Assembly: GCA_965223415.1 (NCBI GenBank)
Contig: OZ245002.1
Location: 608,001 to 672,000 of the forward strand
Source: Myxococcota bacterium
GTDB taxonomy: Bacteria; Myxococcota_A; UBA9160; UBA6930
Direction: 5' to 3'
DNA length: 64,000 bases
The first letter of the stretch is position 1. Each line of letters opens with the position of its first letter. Below, piece by piece: positions 1 to 9,990 of this stretch. A program made the position numbers and the translations under genes. The notes under the pieces are model-generated. The model was not told where the DNA came from and did not search any database. It was given only the letters and a program-made list of their open reading frames with translations.

Positions 1-21
1 TGGTCGCGGTAGCCTGCTCCC

Positions 22-477
22 ATGGCCGCCGACGCCGTCGACGACGCGACCGAGATCACGAACCTTCTCCACCTCTACGCCGAGCGCATCGACGCCGGCG
101 ATTTCGACGGTGTCGGCGCCCTGTTCGCCCATGCCGTGCTCACGGCCGAGGGGACGCCGATGCGGGTCGAGGGTGCCGAGAACGTCGCCCGTCACTACGC
201 GTCCACCACCCGCCGCTACGACGACACGGGCACGCCGAAGACCAAGCACGTGATGACCAACCCGATCCTGGAGATCGACCACGCCGCCGGCAGCGCCGAC
301 GTGCGCTCCTATTACACCGTCTGCCAGCAGACCGAGACGCTGCCCCTCCAGGTGATCATCAACGGCCGCTATCACGACCGCTTCGAGCGCGTCGACGACC
401 ACTGGCGCTTCGCGTCCCGCCACTTCTTCGTCGACCAGGTCGGCGATCTCAGCCAGCACCTGCTGATCGAGCTCTAG
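22..477 (+). CDS. SnoaL-like / NTF2-fold protein
   Basis: 151 aa; ITNLLHLYAERIDAGD start, TKHVMTNP and GRYHDRFERVDDHWRFASR, typical of the SnoaL_4 family. Confidence 0.8.
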   Translation: MAADAVDDATEITNLLHLYAERIDAGDFDGVGALFAHAVLTAEGTPMRVEGAENVARHYASTTRRYDDTGTPKTKHVMTNPILEIDHAAGSADVRSYYTVCQQTETLPLQVIINGRYHDRFERVDDHWRFASRHFFVDQVGDLSQHLLIEL

Positions 478-1768
478 CAGGCTGCGGAAAAACCCCGTGC
501 GACGGGTCGAATCGGTTGGTACAGGCATACCGGGGGGATGGAGATGCGCGGAACCGATCGAACGCAGTCCACGATGTTCAGCTACGTGTCGCCGGAGGCG
601 CGTGTCCCCGCCGATCATCCACTGCGCGTGACGCGGGAGATGACGAATCGCGCCCTGGTCCGGCTGGACGGGAGGTTGCGGAAGCTGTACTCGCGGACGG
701 GTCGGCCGTCGATTCCGCCCGAGCACCTGTTGCGGGCCCTGCTGCTGCAGGTGCTCTACTCGGTGCGAAGCGAGCGGATGCTGATGGAGCAGCTCGAGTA
801 CAACCTGCTGTTCCGCTGGTTCGTGGGGCTCGAGATGGACGACCGGGTCTGGGACGTGACGGTGTTCACGAAGAATCGGGATCGGTTGCTTCGGGGAGAG
901 ATCGCGGAGGGGTTCTTTCAGGCCGTGTTGGCGGAGGCCCGCGAGGAGGGGCTTCTGTCGGACGAGCACTTCACGGTGGACGGCACGCTGATCGAGGCAT
1001 GGGCGGGGCAGAAGAGCTTTCGGCCGAAGGACGAGGACCGGGGCGGCCGCGGGGGTGGACGGAAGGCGACGGAGCGGGACTTCCACGGTGAGCGTAGGAA
1101 GAACGACACGCACGCCTCGACGACGGACCCGGAGTCCCGGCTCTACCGCAAGGGGAAGGGGAAGGAAGCGAAGCTGTGCTTCATGGGCCACGTGGTGACG
1201 GAGAACCGGCATGGCCTGGTGGTGGCGGCCAAGACGACGCTGGCCACGGGCACGGCGGAGCGCGAGGCCTCGGTGGCGATGGTGAAGCGGGTGCCACGCG
1301 GACGGCGATCGACGTTGGGCGGAGACAAGGGCTACGACACGGTGTCGCATGTCGAAGAGCTTCGAGAGCTGGGCGTGACCCCGCACGTTGCGCAGAACGA
1401 CAAGGGCCGCCGCAGCGCGATCGATGATCGAACGACGACGCACGTGGGCTACGAGATCAGCCAGCGCAAACGCAAGGCGATCGAGCAGGTCTTCGGCTGG
1501 GGGAAGACGGTAGGCCCGATTCGCAAGGTGAAGCATCGCGGCAAGGAGCGGGTGGGCTGGATGTTCACGTTCACCCAGGCGGCCTACAACCTTGTGAGGA
1601 TGAGGAACCTGCTATGCCCCACGTAGCTTGTCGGGTCGAGTGGAGGGCCCCGTTGGCAGCGAGCCGGGCGTCAACCGGCGGCAAGGCCTCGATTCCGCGC
1701 TCCTTTCCTAGCCAAAGCGCCTCCAAGGCACCGTTCTCTGCGTACCATCGGCGTTCTTCCGCAGCCTG
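478..1768 (+). mobile_element. IS5-family insertion sequence
   Basis: Terminal IRs CAGGCTGCGGAAAAA (478) and TTCTTCCGCAGCCTG (ends 1768); flanked by CTAG at 474-477 and 1769-1772. Confidence 0.9.
538..1626 (+). CDS. IS5-family DDE transposase
   Basis: GRPSIPPE, SERMLMEQL, VDGTLI, GDKGYD, RKAIEQVFGWGK motifs. Confidence 0.92.
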   Translation: MEMRGTDRTQSTMFSYVSPEARVPADHPLRVTREMTNRALVRLDGRLRKLYSRTGRPSIPPEHLLRALLLQVLYSVRSERMLMEQLEYNLLFRWFVGLEMDDRVWDVTVFTKNRDRLLRGEIAEGFFQAVLAEAREEGLLSDEHFTVDGTLIEAWAGQKSFRPKDEDRGGRGGGRKATERDFHGERRKNDTHASTTDPESRLYRKGKGKEAKLCFMGHVVTENRHGLVVAAKTTLATGTAEREASVAMVKRVPRGRRSTLGGDKGYDTVSHVEELRELGVTPHVAQNDKGRRSAIDDRTTTHVGYEISQRKRKAIEQVFGWGKTVGPIRKVKHRGKERVGWMFTFTQAAYNLVRMRNLLCPT

Positions 1769-2896
1769 CTAGTGTCCTGTTCCAGAAGAAACCACTCGAT
1801 TAGAATCGGAGTGGACGTCGAGGACGCGACCACAGTAGCGCCGCACACTCGCGAGGATCTGATCCGCGGTCTTGGTCCAGACGAAGGGTCTCGGATCGTC
1901 GTTCGTCGTCTTCAGGAAGCTCCGGATGTCGTTCTCGAGCGCCCTCGTGCTGCGATGCACGCCGCGACGGATGCAACGCTCGGTGATGAGTGCAAAGAAC
2001 CGCTCGACCTGATTCAGCCATGAGCTGTACGTCGGGGTGAAGTGCACGTGGAAACGAGGGTGGCGCGCGAGCCAGCTCCGAGTTCGCTTCGTCTTGTGCG
2101 TGGTGTAGTTGTCGAGCACGAGATGGATGTCGAGTTCGGCGGGTACGTTGTCGTCGATCGTCCTGAGGAACTTCAGGAACTCCTCCGTGCGGTGCCGGCG
2201 ATGGAGGGATCCGATCACTTCGCCCGTTGCGATGTTGAGTGCGGCAAAGAGTGTCGTCGTGCCATGGCGTAGGTATCCGTGTGTGCGCTGCTCCGCCCGG
2301 CCCGGTTGCATCGGCAAGACAGGCTGGTTCCGTTCCAGCGCTTGGATCTGCGATTTCTCGTCGACGCAGAGGACGACCGCGTTCGCCGGCGGAGACATGT
2401 ACAGGCCGACGATATCCACCACCTTGTCCACAAAATGGGGATCGTTGGAGAGCCGGAAGCGCTCGACTCGGTGCGGCTGGAGGCTGAATGCTCGCCAGAT
2501 GCGATGAACCGTCGTCGTCGGGAGGCCTACCCGCTTCGCCATCAGGCGAACGGACCAGTGCGTCGCTCCCGTGGGCGTTTCCTCTAGCGTCAAGCGCACG
2601 ACCTCATCGACCTGCTCGTCGGTCACCGTCCGGGGCGCTCCCGGCTTGGGCTCGTCGTAGAGCCCAGCGATCCGCTTTTCGACGAAGCGCTTGCGCCAGA
2701 TCCCGACGGTCTCTCGTCGCTTGCCTACGCGTTCCGCGATTTCCCCATTCGTCAGCCCCTGCTCTGCGAGCAATACAATGCGCGAGCGGTAGGCCAACTG
2801 ATGCGCGCTCTTCCGCCTTCTGGCGTGCGTCTGGAGCTCTTCTCGCTCCGCATCCGTCAGCACAATCGGCGTCTTGGGCCGGCCACGATTCGCCAT
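1769..2896 (-). CDS. IS630-family transposase
   Basis: N-terminal [30 protein letters not shown]; the stop codon is supplied by the target CTAG; start 2896 or 2908. Confidence 0.92.
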   Translation of the reverse strand: MANRGRPKTPIVLTDAEREELQTHARRRKSAHQLAYRSRIVLLAEQGLTNGEIAERVGKRRETVGIWRKRFVEKRIAGLYDEPKPGAPRTVTDEQVDEVVRLTLEETPTGATHWSVRLMAKRVGLPTTTVHRIWRAFSLQPHRVERFRLSNDPHFVDKVVDIVGLYMSPPANAVVLCVDEKSQIQALERNQPVLPMQPGRAEQRTHGYLRHGTTTLFAALNIATGEVIGSLHRRHRTEEFLKFLRTIDDNVPAELDIHLVLDNYTTHKTKRTRSWLARHPRFHVHFTPTYSSWLNQVERFFALITERCIRRGVHRSTRALENDIRSFLKTTNDDPRPFVWTKTADQILASVRRYCGRVLDVHSDSNRVVSSGTGH

Positions 2897-2983
2897 ACGT
2901 CCCCCCAACGTGATGCCGGTAAGATGCCCCCTGCACGTTGGGAGTTCGCACTATTTTGCGTACTTTTTTCCGAAACAGGACAC
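1772..2983 (-). mobile_element. IS630-family insertion sequence
   Basis: Ends GTGTCCTGTT...AACAGGACAC, flanked by TA within CTAG (1769-1772, 2983-2986). Confidence 0.9.
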
Positions 2984-3429
2984 TAGAAGGGGATGTCGCT
3001 CGCCGGCGGCTCGCCGGGCTCGAACCCGCCGCCGTCTCCGCCGCCCGACGGCGTGCCGCCGCCTCCGTCGCCGCCGCGGCTCCCGCCGCCCTCACCGCGG
3101 GGACCGCCCAGGAACTGCACGTTCTGCGCGACGATCTCGGTGGTGCGCTGCTTCTGGCCTTCCTTGTTCTCCCACTCGCGGGTCTGGATGCGACCCTCGA
3201 CGTAGACCGTCCGGCCCTTGGCGAGGTACTGGGCGCAGTTCTCGGCGACCCGCCCCCACACCACGATCCGGTGCCACTCGGTGCGGTCTTCGCGGCGCCC
3301 TTCCTTCGTCGTGTAGGACTCGCTCGTCGCCAGGCTGAAGTTCGCGACGGCCTGTCCGCCCTTGGTGTACCGAAGCTCCGGGTCGCGGCCGAGGTTTCCG
3401 ATCAGGATCGCTTTGTTGACGCCTGCCAT
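2983..3429 (-). CDS. ssb: single-stranded DNA-binding protein
   Basis: [26 protein letters not shown], Gly-rich linker, C-terminal DIPF. Confidence 0.97.
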   Translation of the reverse strand: MAGVNKAILIGNLGRDPELRYTKGGQAVANFSLATSESYTTKEGRREDRTEWHRIVVWGRVAENCAQYLAKGRTVYVEGRIQTREWENKEGQKQRTTEIVAQNVQFLGGPRGEGGGSRGGDGGGGTPSGGGDGGGFEPGEPPASDIPF

Positions 3430-3494
3430 GGGGGGGCACTCCGTCGCAAGGGGTGTCTTGCGATCATCCCGTGCCGGCCAGAGGCCGTCAATGG

Positions 3495-3508
3495 CGAACG
3501 GACGTTCA
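3495..3508. promoter_or_regulatory. putative LexA (SOS) box upstream of ssb
   Basis: CGAAC-GGAC-GTTCA fits GAAC-RNRY-GTTC; lies next to a minus-strand TTGACG -35 at ~3486-3491. Confidence 0.45.
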
Positions 3509-3546
3509 CGGTCGGATGCAAACGGCGTTTCGCGCGCGTTCGAGGG

Positions 3547-3897
3547 CTAGGCCCGATCCGTCCGAAGCTGCACCACCAGCTCGTTGATGCGATCCCGCGA
3601 GGCGCGGTCGAGCCCGTCGAACTCGATCGCCATGCCCCGCGGCTCGGTGCGAACGACCCGACCGGTGGCCTTGACGGGCTCCTCGCTGCCGGGCAGCTCG
3701 AACTGCAGCTGGACCCGGTCCTCGAGGTCGAGGGGGCGCTCGGTGGCGATGAACAGGCCGCCCTCGTTGATGTTGCGGGTAAACTCGCTGAAGAGGGCGT
3801 CGACCGTCTCGTACTCGATCCGGACGGTGACCGGCGCGCGAGGCGACTCGCGCCGCTCGATCGTGGTCTGGATCTGCTCGCGGGCTTCCTCGGCCAT
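3547..3897 (-). CDS. PilZ domain protein (myxobacterial TIGR02266-like)
   Basis: ERRESPR (RxxxR) and NINEGGLFI motifs. Confidence 0.85.
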   Translation of the reverse strand: MAEEAREQIQTTIERRESPRAPVTVRIEYETVDALFSEFTRNINEGGLFIATERPLDLEDRVQLQFELPGSEEPVKATGRVVRTEPRGMAIEFDGLDRASRDRINELVVQLRTDRA

Positions 3898-3935
3898 GTC
3901 CTGCTCATCGTCCAGGACCGGCGGATCGCTTTAGC

Positions 3936-4637
3936 TCAAGCGCGCTGACCCCCGAGGGGATCAGCGGCCTCCTCCTCGAAGGCGCCGTGCTCGCGGAGGG
4001 AGGCGAAGCCGTGCTCCGCGACCACGACGTGGTCCAGCAGCGGGACGCCGAGCAGCCTCCCGGCCTGGACCAGGCGCCGGGTGACCTGCCGGTCCTCGGG
4101 GCTGGGCGTGGGATCCCCGCTCGGATGGTTGTGCACCGCGACCAGCGCGGCCGCGCCCTCCCGCAGGGCCGGGCGGAAGACCTCCCGGGGATGCACCAGG
4201 CTCGAGGTGAGGGTGCCCTGGGAGGTGAGCACCTCGCGGATCACGCGGTGGCGCCCGTCCAACAGCAGGACGAAGAAGCGCTCATGGGGTGCATCCCGAA
4301 GACTCGAATGGAAGTGGCGGAAGACGTCTTCGGGCCCGCGGATCGGATCGCCTTCGTGCAGGCGATGAGCGGCGAGGCGGCGGCCCAGCTCGACGGCCGC
4401 CAGCAGGCTCGCGCTCTTGGCCGCGCCCACGCCGGGCGTGCGACGCAGCTCGGCGGCGGAGGCCATGGCCAGGCCGCGCAGCCCGGCCGGCGCCAGCAGC
4501 ACTTCCGCCAGCTGGAGCACGCCGCGCGCGGCGCTGCCGGTGCCCAGCAGGAGGGCGACCAGCTCGGCGTCGGCCAGCGCCGGGGCACCCTGCCGGTGCA
4601 GGCGTTCCCTCGGACCGTCGTGTCTCTGTCCGCCCAT
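3936..4637 (-). CDS. radC: RadC family JAB-domain protein
   Basis: PRERL, ELVALLLGTG, VHPREVF, HNHPSGDPTPSPED, LLDHVVV. Confidence 0.93.
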   Translation of the reverse strand: MGGQRHDGPRERLHRQGAPALADAELVALLLGTGSAARGVLQLAEVLLAPAGLRGLAMASAAELRRTPGVGAAKSASLLAAVELGRRLAAHRLHEGDPIRGPEDVFRHFHSSLRDAPHERFFVLLLDGRHRVIREVLTSQGTLTSSLVHPREVFRPALREGAAALVAVHNHPSGDPTPSPEDRQVTRRLVQAGRLLGVPLLDHVVVAEHGFASLREHGAFEEEAADPLGGQRA

Positions 4638-4673
4638 CGGCGGACCTCCGCGGGACCGGAGAGGTGAGCCGTG

Positions 4674-5918
4674 CTAGCCGCGGCAGGCGCGTTCCGCCGC
4701 CTCCGCGCGCTCCATGGCTTCGGTGAAGCGGTCCGGCGGCAGCTCGGGCGCGATCAGCCCGCGCAGGGTGCTCCGCCGGTGGTTCGGAGCTTCGATGCGA
4801 TCGACGAAGGCTCGCAGGAGTGCCAAGTAGCCCTTGGCCTCGCCGGGCTGGCTCATCGCCGCCTCGAGCTCGAGGGGGCTCGCGCCGAGGAAGCTACCGC
4901 CGTCGGTCATGCGGATGCGGCCTTCCGGGGACACGGCTCCGAGCCGCTTCATCGCGGCCCGCAGGTAGCGATCGGTGAACGCGCCCCGCTCCGAGAGGGC
5001 ACGGGAGAGCGCGGACGCGTCGAGGGTCCCGCGCAGGCTCGCGTCGAAGCGGGCGGCGCAGCCGCTCACCTCGCCGGCACCGATGGCGGCCAGGGCCCCG
5101 CGGGCCTTGCGCACGGCCTCCACCCCGCCGTCCGCGGGCACCATCTCCACCGAGTAGACATAGAGATCGCGCAGCTCGTCCAGGCTCTGGCGCGAGCGCA
5201 GCTCGTACTCGCCGGCGGCCGGATCGGTATCCACCTGCACCAGCAGGTCCTCGCCGAGCTGGATCGCCTCCACCCGCTTCACGTGGGGGCTCGTCACCTG
5301 GTCGAGGGTGGAGCCGGCCTCGTCTCCCCGGGCGGTCTCGGCCAGGATCACGCCGAAGCCGTCGGTGCGATTCTGCACCCGCACGGTGAGCGCTTCCTTG
5401 GTCAGGAAGCTCATCGAGGAGCGACCGGCCAGGTACACGTGGGAGGCGGCGACCAGGGTGTTCGGCAGGGGCTCCAGCTCGAGCAGCACCCGATCCTGCG
5501 TGGAAGAGACGCGGATGGTCGCCTCTTTCTGCCGATAGCCCTCCAGGAACGCGCGGATCATCACCGCATCCCGGGGCCCGGCCTCCACGCGCAGCGGGAG
5601 GATCACCTTGACCGGCGCCTCGGCCTGCTCGTAGCGCTTCTGGAAGTTGGAGCGGATGTAGAAGAGATCGACGAGCGCGCCGGAGGGAACGGTGTCGACC
5701 TGGATGAAGCGCTCGCCATAGTTGTGGCCCGGCCGCAGGAAGGCGAACACGTTACCCGGGCTCCAGTCGGCCTTGTCGTCCGGGATGAGGTGGATCGTGT
5801 CTTCCGCCGCCGTGGCACCGGGCAGCACCACGCCGAGGACGCCCGCCATCAGGGCGAGGATCGCGAGCGGGCGAGTTCGTCGTCGGGCGCGCTTCAACCT
5901 GTCCTCTCGGTCCGCCAC
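4674..5918 (-). CDS. secreted hypothetical protein (PEGA-like N-terminal segment)
   Basis: Hydrophobic signal-like N-terminus and coding-type GC3 bias; start uncertain. Confidence 0.6.
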   Translation of the reverse strand: MADREDRLKRARRRTRPLAILALMAGVLGVVLPGATAAEDTIHLIPDDKADWSPGNVFAFLRPGHNYGERFIQVDTVPSGALVDLFYIRSNFQKRYEQAEAPVKVILPLRVEAGPRDAVMIRAFLEGYRQKEATIRVSSTQDRVLLELEPLPNTLVAASHVYLAGRSSMSFLTKEALTVRVQNRTDGFGVILAETARGDEAGSTLDQVTSPHVKRVEAIQLGEDLLVQVDTDPAAGEYELRSRQSLDELRDLYVYSVEMVPADGGVEAVRKARGALAAIGAGEVSGCAARFDASLRGTLDASALSRALSERGAFTDRYLRAAMKRLGAVSPEGRIRMTDGGSFLGASPLELEAAMSQPGEAKGYLALLRAFVDRIEAPNHRRSTLRGLIAPELPPDRFTEAMERAEAAERACRG

Positions 5919-5983
5919 CGGGGAAGGGAGGCTACCGGGCTTTGGGGTCGCCTGCCGCCACCTCGAACGTCAGCCCGCGGCGC

Positions 5984-6775
5984 TCAGCGCCGCGGGGCCG
6001 CCGCGGTCCGCTCGAAGCGGGCCGCCAGGCCCTGGGCCCGCGGGTCCCCACTCTCGCGCAGGCGGGCCGCCAGCACCGAGGCCGAGCCCTGGTGGGCTGC
6101 GAAGCGCGAGAGCTCCGCCAGCCAGCGCTCCCGCGCCCGGTCCGGAACGTTCTCGACCTCGCGCAGGAAGACGCTCGGTTCGCGCATGCCCAGGCCCACG
6201 TGCCAGGCATGCCAGCGTGCGCAATCCGGCGCCCCGCCCCGCAGGCAGGCGGCCAGAGGGGGCATCCCGGGGATGCCGGCGACGCCGCGGCGCCGGGCCG
6301 CCAGGGGAGCTGCGGCGGCGGGAGCCGCGGCAGCTGCGGCCACCGACTCGGGGGCGGCCCGATCCGCCGAGGCCGAAGCGAGGCCCGCCGACCCGGGAGC
6401 GAGCCCCGGCAGCGTCACCTGCACCTCGACGGCCTGGACGAGCACCAGGAGCGTGAGCCCCACCGCCGCCGTCAGTAGCGGCGGCCCGGCGGTGGAGTCC
6501 ATCCAGCGCTGCCAGCGGCCGCCCCAGCGACCCCACCAACCGGGGTCGGCCTCGCCGGCGGCAATCCGGGCCATCACCCGATTGCCCAGCTGCGGCGGCG
6601 GCTCCTCCGGCGAGCCGAGGGCGGATAACAGCTGCACCGTCCCGCGCAGGGCGGCAAGCTCCTCCCGGCACGCCGAGCAGCGCGTCAGGTGGGCTTCGAC
6701 GCCCGCGCGAAGGTGGGGAGGCAGGGTCTCGTCGGCGTACTCGCTCAGTCGCCGCTCGCACCGGGCATGTCTCAT
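5984..6775 (-). CDS. anti-sigma factor, zf-HC2 type, single TM
   Basis: HLTRCSAC (HxxxCxxC) and a TM segment; start overlaps the sigma stop. Confidence 0.85.
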   Translation of the reverse strand: MRHARCERRLSEYADETLPPHLRAGVEAHLTRCSACREELAALRGTVQLLSALGSPEEPPPQLGNRVMARIAAGEADPGWWGRWGGRWQRWMDSTAGPPLLTAAVGLTLLVLVQAVEVQVTLPGLAPGSAGLASASADRAAPESVAAAAAAPAAAAPLAARRRGVAGIPGMPPLAACLRGGAPDCARWHAWHVGLGMREPSVFLREVENVPDRARERWLAELSRFAAHQGSASVLAARLRESGDPRAQGLAARFERTAAAPRR

Positions 6776-7443
6776 GCGGGCAGGCCTTCCTTCTCCTCGA
6801 CCGGCCCCTCTCCCGGTACCAGGTCCCGCAGACGATCCTTCAACGCCTTGCGGGCCCGATGGATGCGGGACTTCACCGTCCCCTCGGCGACCTGGAGCAC
6901 CTCGGCGATCTCACCGTAGGCGAGCCCCTCGATGTCGAACAGCACGAGCGGCGCGCGCAGGCTCGGCGCCAGGGTCTGGAGCTCCTGCTGCACCCGCGCC
7001 CGGATCTCGCCGCCGAACGCGGCGTCCTCGGGCCCGCGAGGCTCGGACGGCAGCGCACTGCCGCCGGCCTGCTCCCGGGCCAGGGCGTCCATGTGCGCCC
7101 GCCGGCGACCGAGGCTGCGGCGGCGGTTCAGGGCGGCGTTCATGGCCACCCGGTAGAGGAAGGTCGAGAAGCGGGCCTCGCGGCGGAAGCGGTGACCGTG
7201 GCGGTGGAGGTTCAGGAAGGTGTCCTGGGCCGCATCCTCCGCCTCCTCCCGGCTCCCGAGCATGCGCAGCAGCAGGCCGAAGACCCGCCGCTCGTGCCGC
7301 CGGACCAGGGCCTCGAAGGCCTGAGCGTCGCCGTCTCGCCAGCGATCGATCAGCTCGAGATCGGGATCGACCGCCTCCACGGAAGCGACCCGCGAGCCGG
7401 TCAGATGCGTTCGGTCGAGAATGGGTTGGGTCACGAATGCCAC
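6772..7443 (-). CDS. ECF RNA polymerase sigma-70 factor
   Basis: AEDAAQDTFL, FSTFLYRVAMN, YGEIAEVL..GTVKSRIHRAR. Confidence 0.93.
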   Translation of the reverse strand: MAFVTQPILDRTHLTGSRVASVEAVDPDLELIDRWRDGDAQAFEALVRRHERRVFGLLLRMLGSREEAEDAAQDTFLNLHRHGHRFRREARFSTFLYRVAMNAALNRRRSLGRRRAHMDALAREQAGGSALPSEPRGPEDAAFGGEIRARVQQELQTLAPSLRAPLVLFDIEGLAYGEIAEVLQVAEGTVKSRIHRARKALKDRLRDLVPGEGPVEEKEGLPA

Positions 7444-7540
7444 GCCCTTTGGGACACGGGGTCGACCAACATGGTTCCCCAGGTTCCCTTGTCTACGAGT
7501 GAAGAAGCACCCTCGTTCGACGCATCCCCCCGGGGGATAT

Positions 7541-8071
7541 TCAGCGCGAAGAAGGGGCCTGCTCCTCGCCCGGGCGGGTCCAGGTGCCGCTCTTGCCGCC
7601 GGTCTTGGAGACGAGGCGCACGGCGCCGACGGCCATGCCCCGGTCGATGGCCTTGCACATGTCGTAGATGACGAGACCGGCAGCGGAGACCGCCACCAGC
7701 GCCTCCATCTCCACCCCGGTCCGGGCGTGGGCGCGCACGCTGGCCTCGACCCGCACGCAGCTCGCCTCCGGATCCGGGCGGAGCTCCACCTCGATCGACT
7801 CGAGGGGCAACGGGTGGCACAGGGGGATCCACTCGGCGGTGCGCTTGGCGGCCTGGATGCCGGCGATCCGGGCCGTGGCGAACACGTCGCCCTTCGGCGT
7901 GCGCCCTTCGGTGATGGCCGCCAGGGTCTCCGGCGCCATCTCCACCTCGCAGCGGGCCACGCACACGCGCTCGGTCACGGGCTTCTCGCCCACGTCGACC
8001 ATGCGGGCGCGCCCCTGGGCATCGAGGTGGGTCAGGCGGTTCCGGGTCGGCCGGTCGCTCATCGGAGGCAC
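7541..8071 (-). CDS. moaC: cyclic pyranopterin monophosphate synthase
   Basis: [44 protein letters not shown]. Confidence 0.96.
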   Translation of the reverse strand: MPPMSDRPTRNRLTHLDAQGRARMVDVGEKPVTERVCVARCEVEMAPETLAAITEGRTPKGDVFATARIAGIQAAKRTAEWIPLCHPLPLESIEVELRPDPEASCVRVEASVRAHARTGVEMEALVAVSAAGLVIYDMCKAIDRGMAVGAVRLVSKTGGKSGTWTRPGEEQAPSSR

Positions 8072-8093
8072 CCGTTCCGGGTCAGCAAGTCGT

Positions 8094-9002
8094 TCACGCG
8101 AGGGACTCGAGCCAGTGCCACAGGTCGGTGTAGACCTGCTCGCGCTCCGGCTCGTTGAAGATCTCGTGGCGCAGCGCGGGGTAGATGCGCAGGTCGCTGC
8201 CTTCGGTCGTGACGCCGGCGAAGAAGTCCCGGCTGCCCCGGACCGAGCAGAGCGAATCGTCCTCGCCGTGGAGCATCAGGAGGGGCACGGTCACTTCCGC
8301 CGCGCGCTCGGCCGTGCGCGCCGCTCGGCCGAGCAGCTCCGCGCCGAGCGACGCGGTCATGTCCCGGAATACGAACGGGTCCGCCAGGTACTGCTCGACG
8401 ACCTGCGGGTCCCGGGAGAGGCCCTCGAGATCGAGGCCGCTTCCCATGCGAAGCGTCGGCCACACGAGACGGAGCGCTTTCGCCATGGCGATGCGAGCCG
8501 CCGACACACCGTCGGGGTCGATCGCCGCGCCCGACGTGACGGCACCGCTCAGCACCGGCTGTCGCTCGACCAGGAAGGCCAGGGTGACGAGCCCACCCAT
8601 GCTGTGGCCGACCAGGTGAACGGGAAGGGTCGGGTGCTCGGCCCGGACGGTGTCGAGCATCAACGCCAGATCGTCCAGGTACTCGTCGAAGCTGCGCACG
8701 TGGGCGCGCCGCCCGCCGGAGCGGCCGTGGCCCCGATGGTCGTAGGCGCTGACCGCGGCGCCCCGCCGTGCGAGCCACGACCCGATCTCCTCGTAGCGTC
8801 CGCTGTGCTCGGCGTAGCCGTGCACGAGCAGGAGGGCGCGGGTGGGCGCGGGAGGCGTCCAGGTGCGACGGAAGAGCGACGGACCGTCGGCTGCGGTGAC
8901 CGTCGTCTCGGTGCGGCGCAGGTCGGCCGCTGCCACGGTCGCCTCGGGAAGGCGCCGCTCGGCCGCGCCCTCGTGACTAGGAGGCGAGAGCTCGCTCGAC
9001 AC
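8094..9002 (-). CDS. lysophospholipase / alpha-beta hydrolase
   Basis: [30 protein letters not shown]. Confidence 0.9.
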   Translation of the reverse strand: MSSELSPPSHEGAAERRLPEATVAAADLRRTETTVTAADGPSLFRRTWTPPAPTRALLLVHGYAEHSGRYEEIGSWLARRGAAVSAYDHRGHGRSGGRRAHVRSFDEYLDDLALMLDTVRAEHPTLPVHLVGHSMGGLVTLAFLVERQPVLSGAVTSGAAIDPDGVSAARIAMAKALRLVWPTLRMGSGLDLEGLSRDPQVVEQYLADPFVFRDMTASLGAELLGRAARTAERAAEVTVPLLMLHGEDDSLCSVRGSRDFFAGVTTEGSDLRIYPALRHEIFNEPEREQVYTDLWHWLESLA

Positions 9003-9573
9003 GTTCCCGCGCGGCGCGCACCCGGTTCAGGTAGGAGACGCCGCGGATCCGCGAGCCCCAGAAATAGGAGGAGATGCCGTCGGCCTCGCCGAGGCGCCGG
9101 ATGTTGCCAGCCAGGATCATGCAGCCGGCCTCGACGTTGGCCTCGACGGTCGTGGCGTTCCCGGCCAGACCCATGGGCCGCATCATGTACGGCATCACCT
9201 GCATCAGCCCCAGGGCGCCCTTCGGGCTCAAGGCCTCGGGACGGCCGTGGCTCTCCACCTCGATCACGGCGAGCACGAGGGCCGGATCGAGCCCGTGCCG
9301 CTCGCTGCTGGCGAGGATCGCCTGCTGGATGCGCTCGATCCAGGCGGGGGCCAGGTGCGGGTTCAACCGCTCCAGCTCCGCGCGAATCGCATCGGGAAGC
9401 CCGGGGGCCTCGGCCTGGACCGCCACGGGAGCTGCAGCCGGCGCCTCGGGAGCGGCCCCGCCGCTGAGTGTGAGGCCCGCCGCCACGGCGAGCAGGGCGA
9501 CCCGCCTGCGGGCGGCGCCTCTCGGCCTCTGCCTCGGCCCGAGGGCCCGTTCTATGGAGCTCGATTGGGTCAT
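8977..9573 (-). CDS. lytic transglycosylase (SLT domain)
   Basis: LVLAVIEVES, SPKGALGLMQVMP; signal-like segment; probable start MTQSS at 9573. Confidence 0.85.
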   Translation of the reverse strand: MTQSSSIERALGPRQRPRGAARRRVALLAVAAGLTLSGGAAPEAPAAAPVAVQAEAPGLPDAIRAELERLNPHLAPAWIERIQQAILASSERHGLDPALVLAVIEVESHGRPEALSPKGALGLMQVMPYMMRPMGLAGNATTVEANVEAGCMILAGNIRRLGEADGISSYFWGSRIRGVSYLNRVRAARERVERALAS

Positions 9574-9809
9574 GAAGGGGGGCGCCTTTCCGCCGGGAGC
9601 GGCGCGCGCGGAACGTACTGGAAGGATCGGAGCGCTGTCAAAAGCTCCTTGCCCCGCGGGATCCGGAACCGACCGGAATGTGCATCTCGACCTGGAACCG
9701 GACGAAAAAGGGAACGTTTCGGTGACCAGAGGCACACGGAACGACGCGAGGATCAGGTGGTATGTACCCTTGGAGGCAGCTTGGGTGATCCCCCAAACCG
9801 GTGTTCGGA

Positions 9810-9839
9810 TTGACCCTCGCTTCGCGCCTCTGATAGCAT
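9810..9839 (+). promoter_or_regulatory. putative sigma70 promoter for the histidine kinase
   Basis: TTGACC-18-TAGCAT with TG extension. Confidence 0.4.
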
Positions 9840-9990
9840 CGTTTCCCCCGCAAGAGGCGGGAACTCGGAGGCGAGCCGCGGGGTGCAGCGGGTCGTTCTC
9901 GGGGACGGCGGACGGGAGACCGGACGCGCCCGGGAGCCACCGTGCGGAAGCTCGAACGGCCGCCCTTGGGGAGGCGGAAGCATCCGTGAC

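Noticed and set aside
3936..4637. radC as a mobile-element or anti-defence marker
   Set aside because: Full-length chromosomal type in a housekeeping context.
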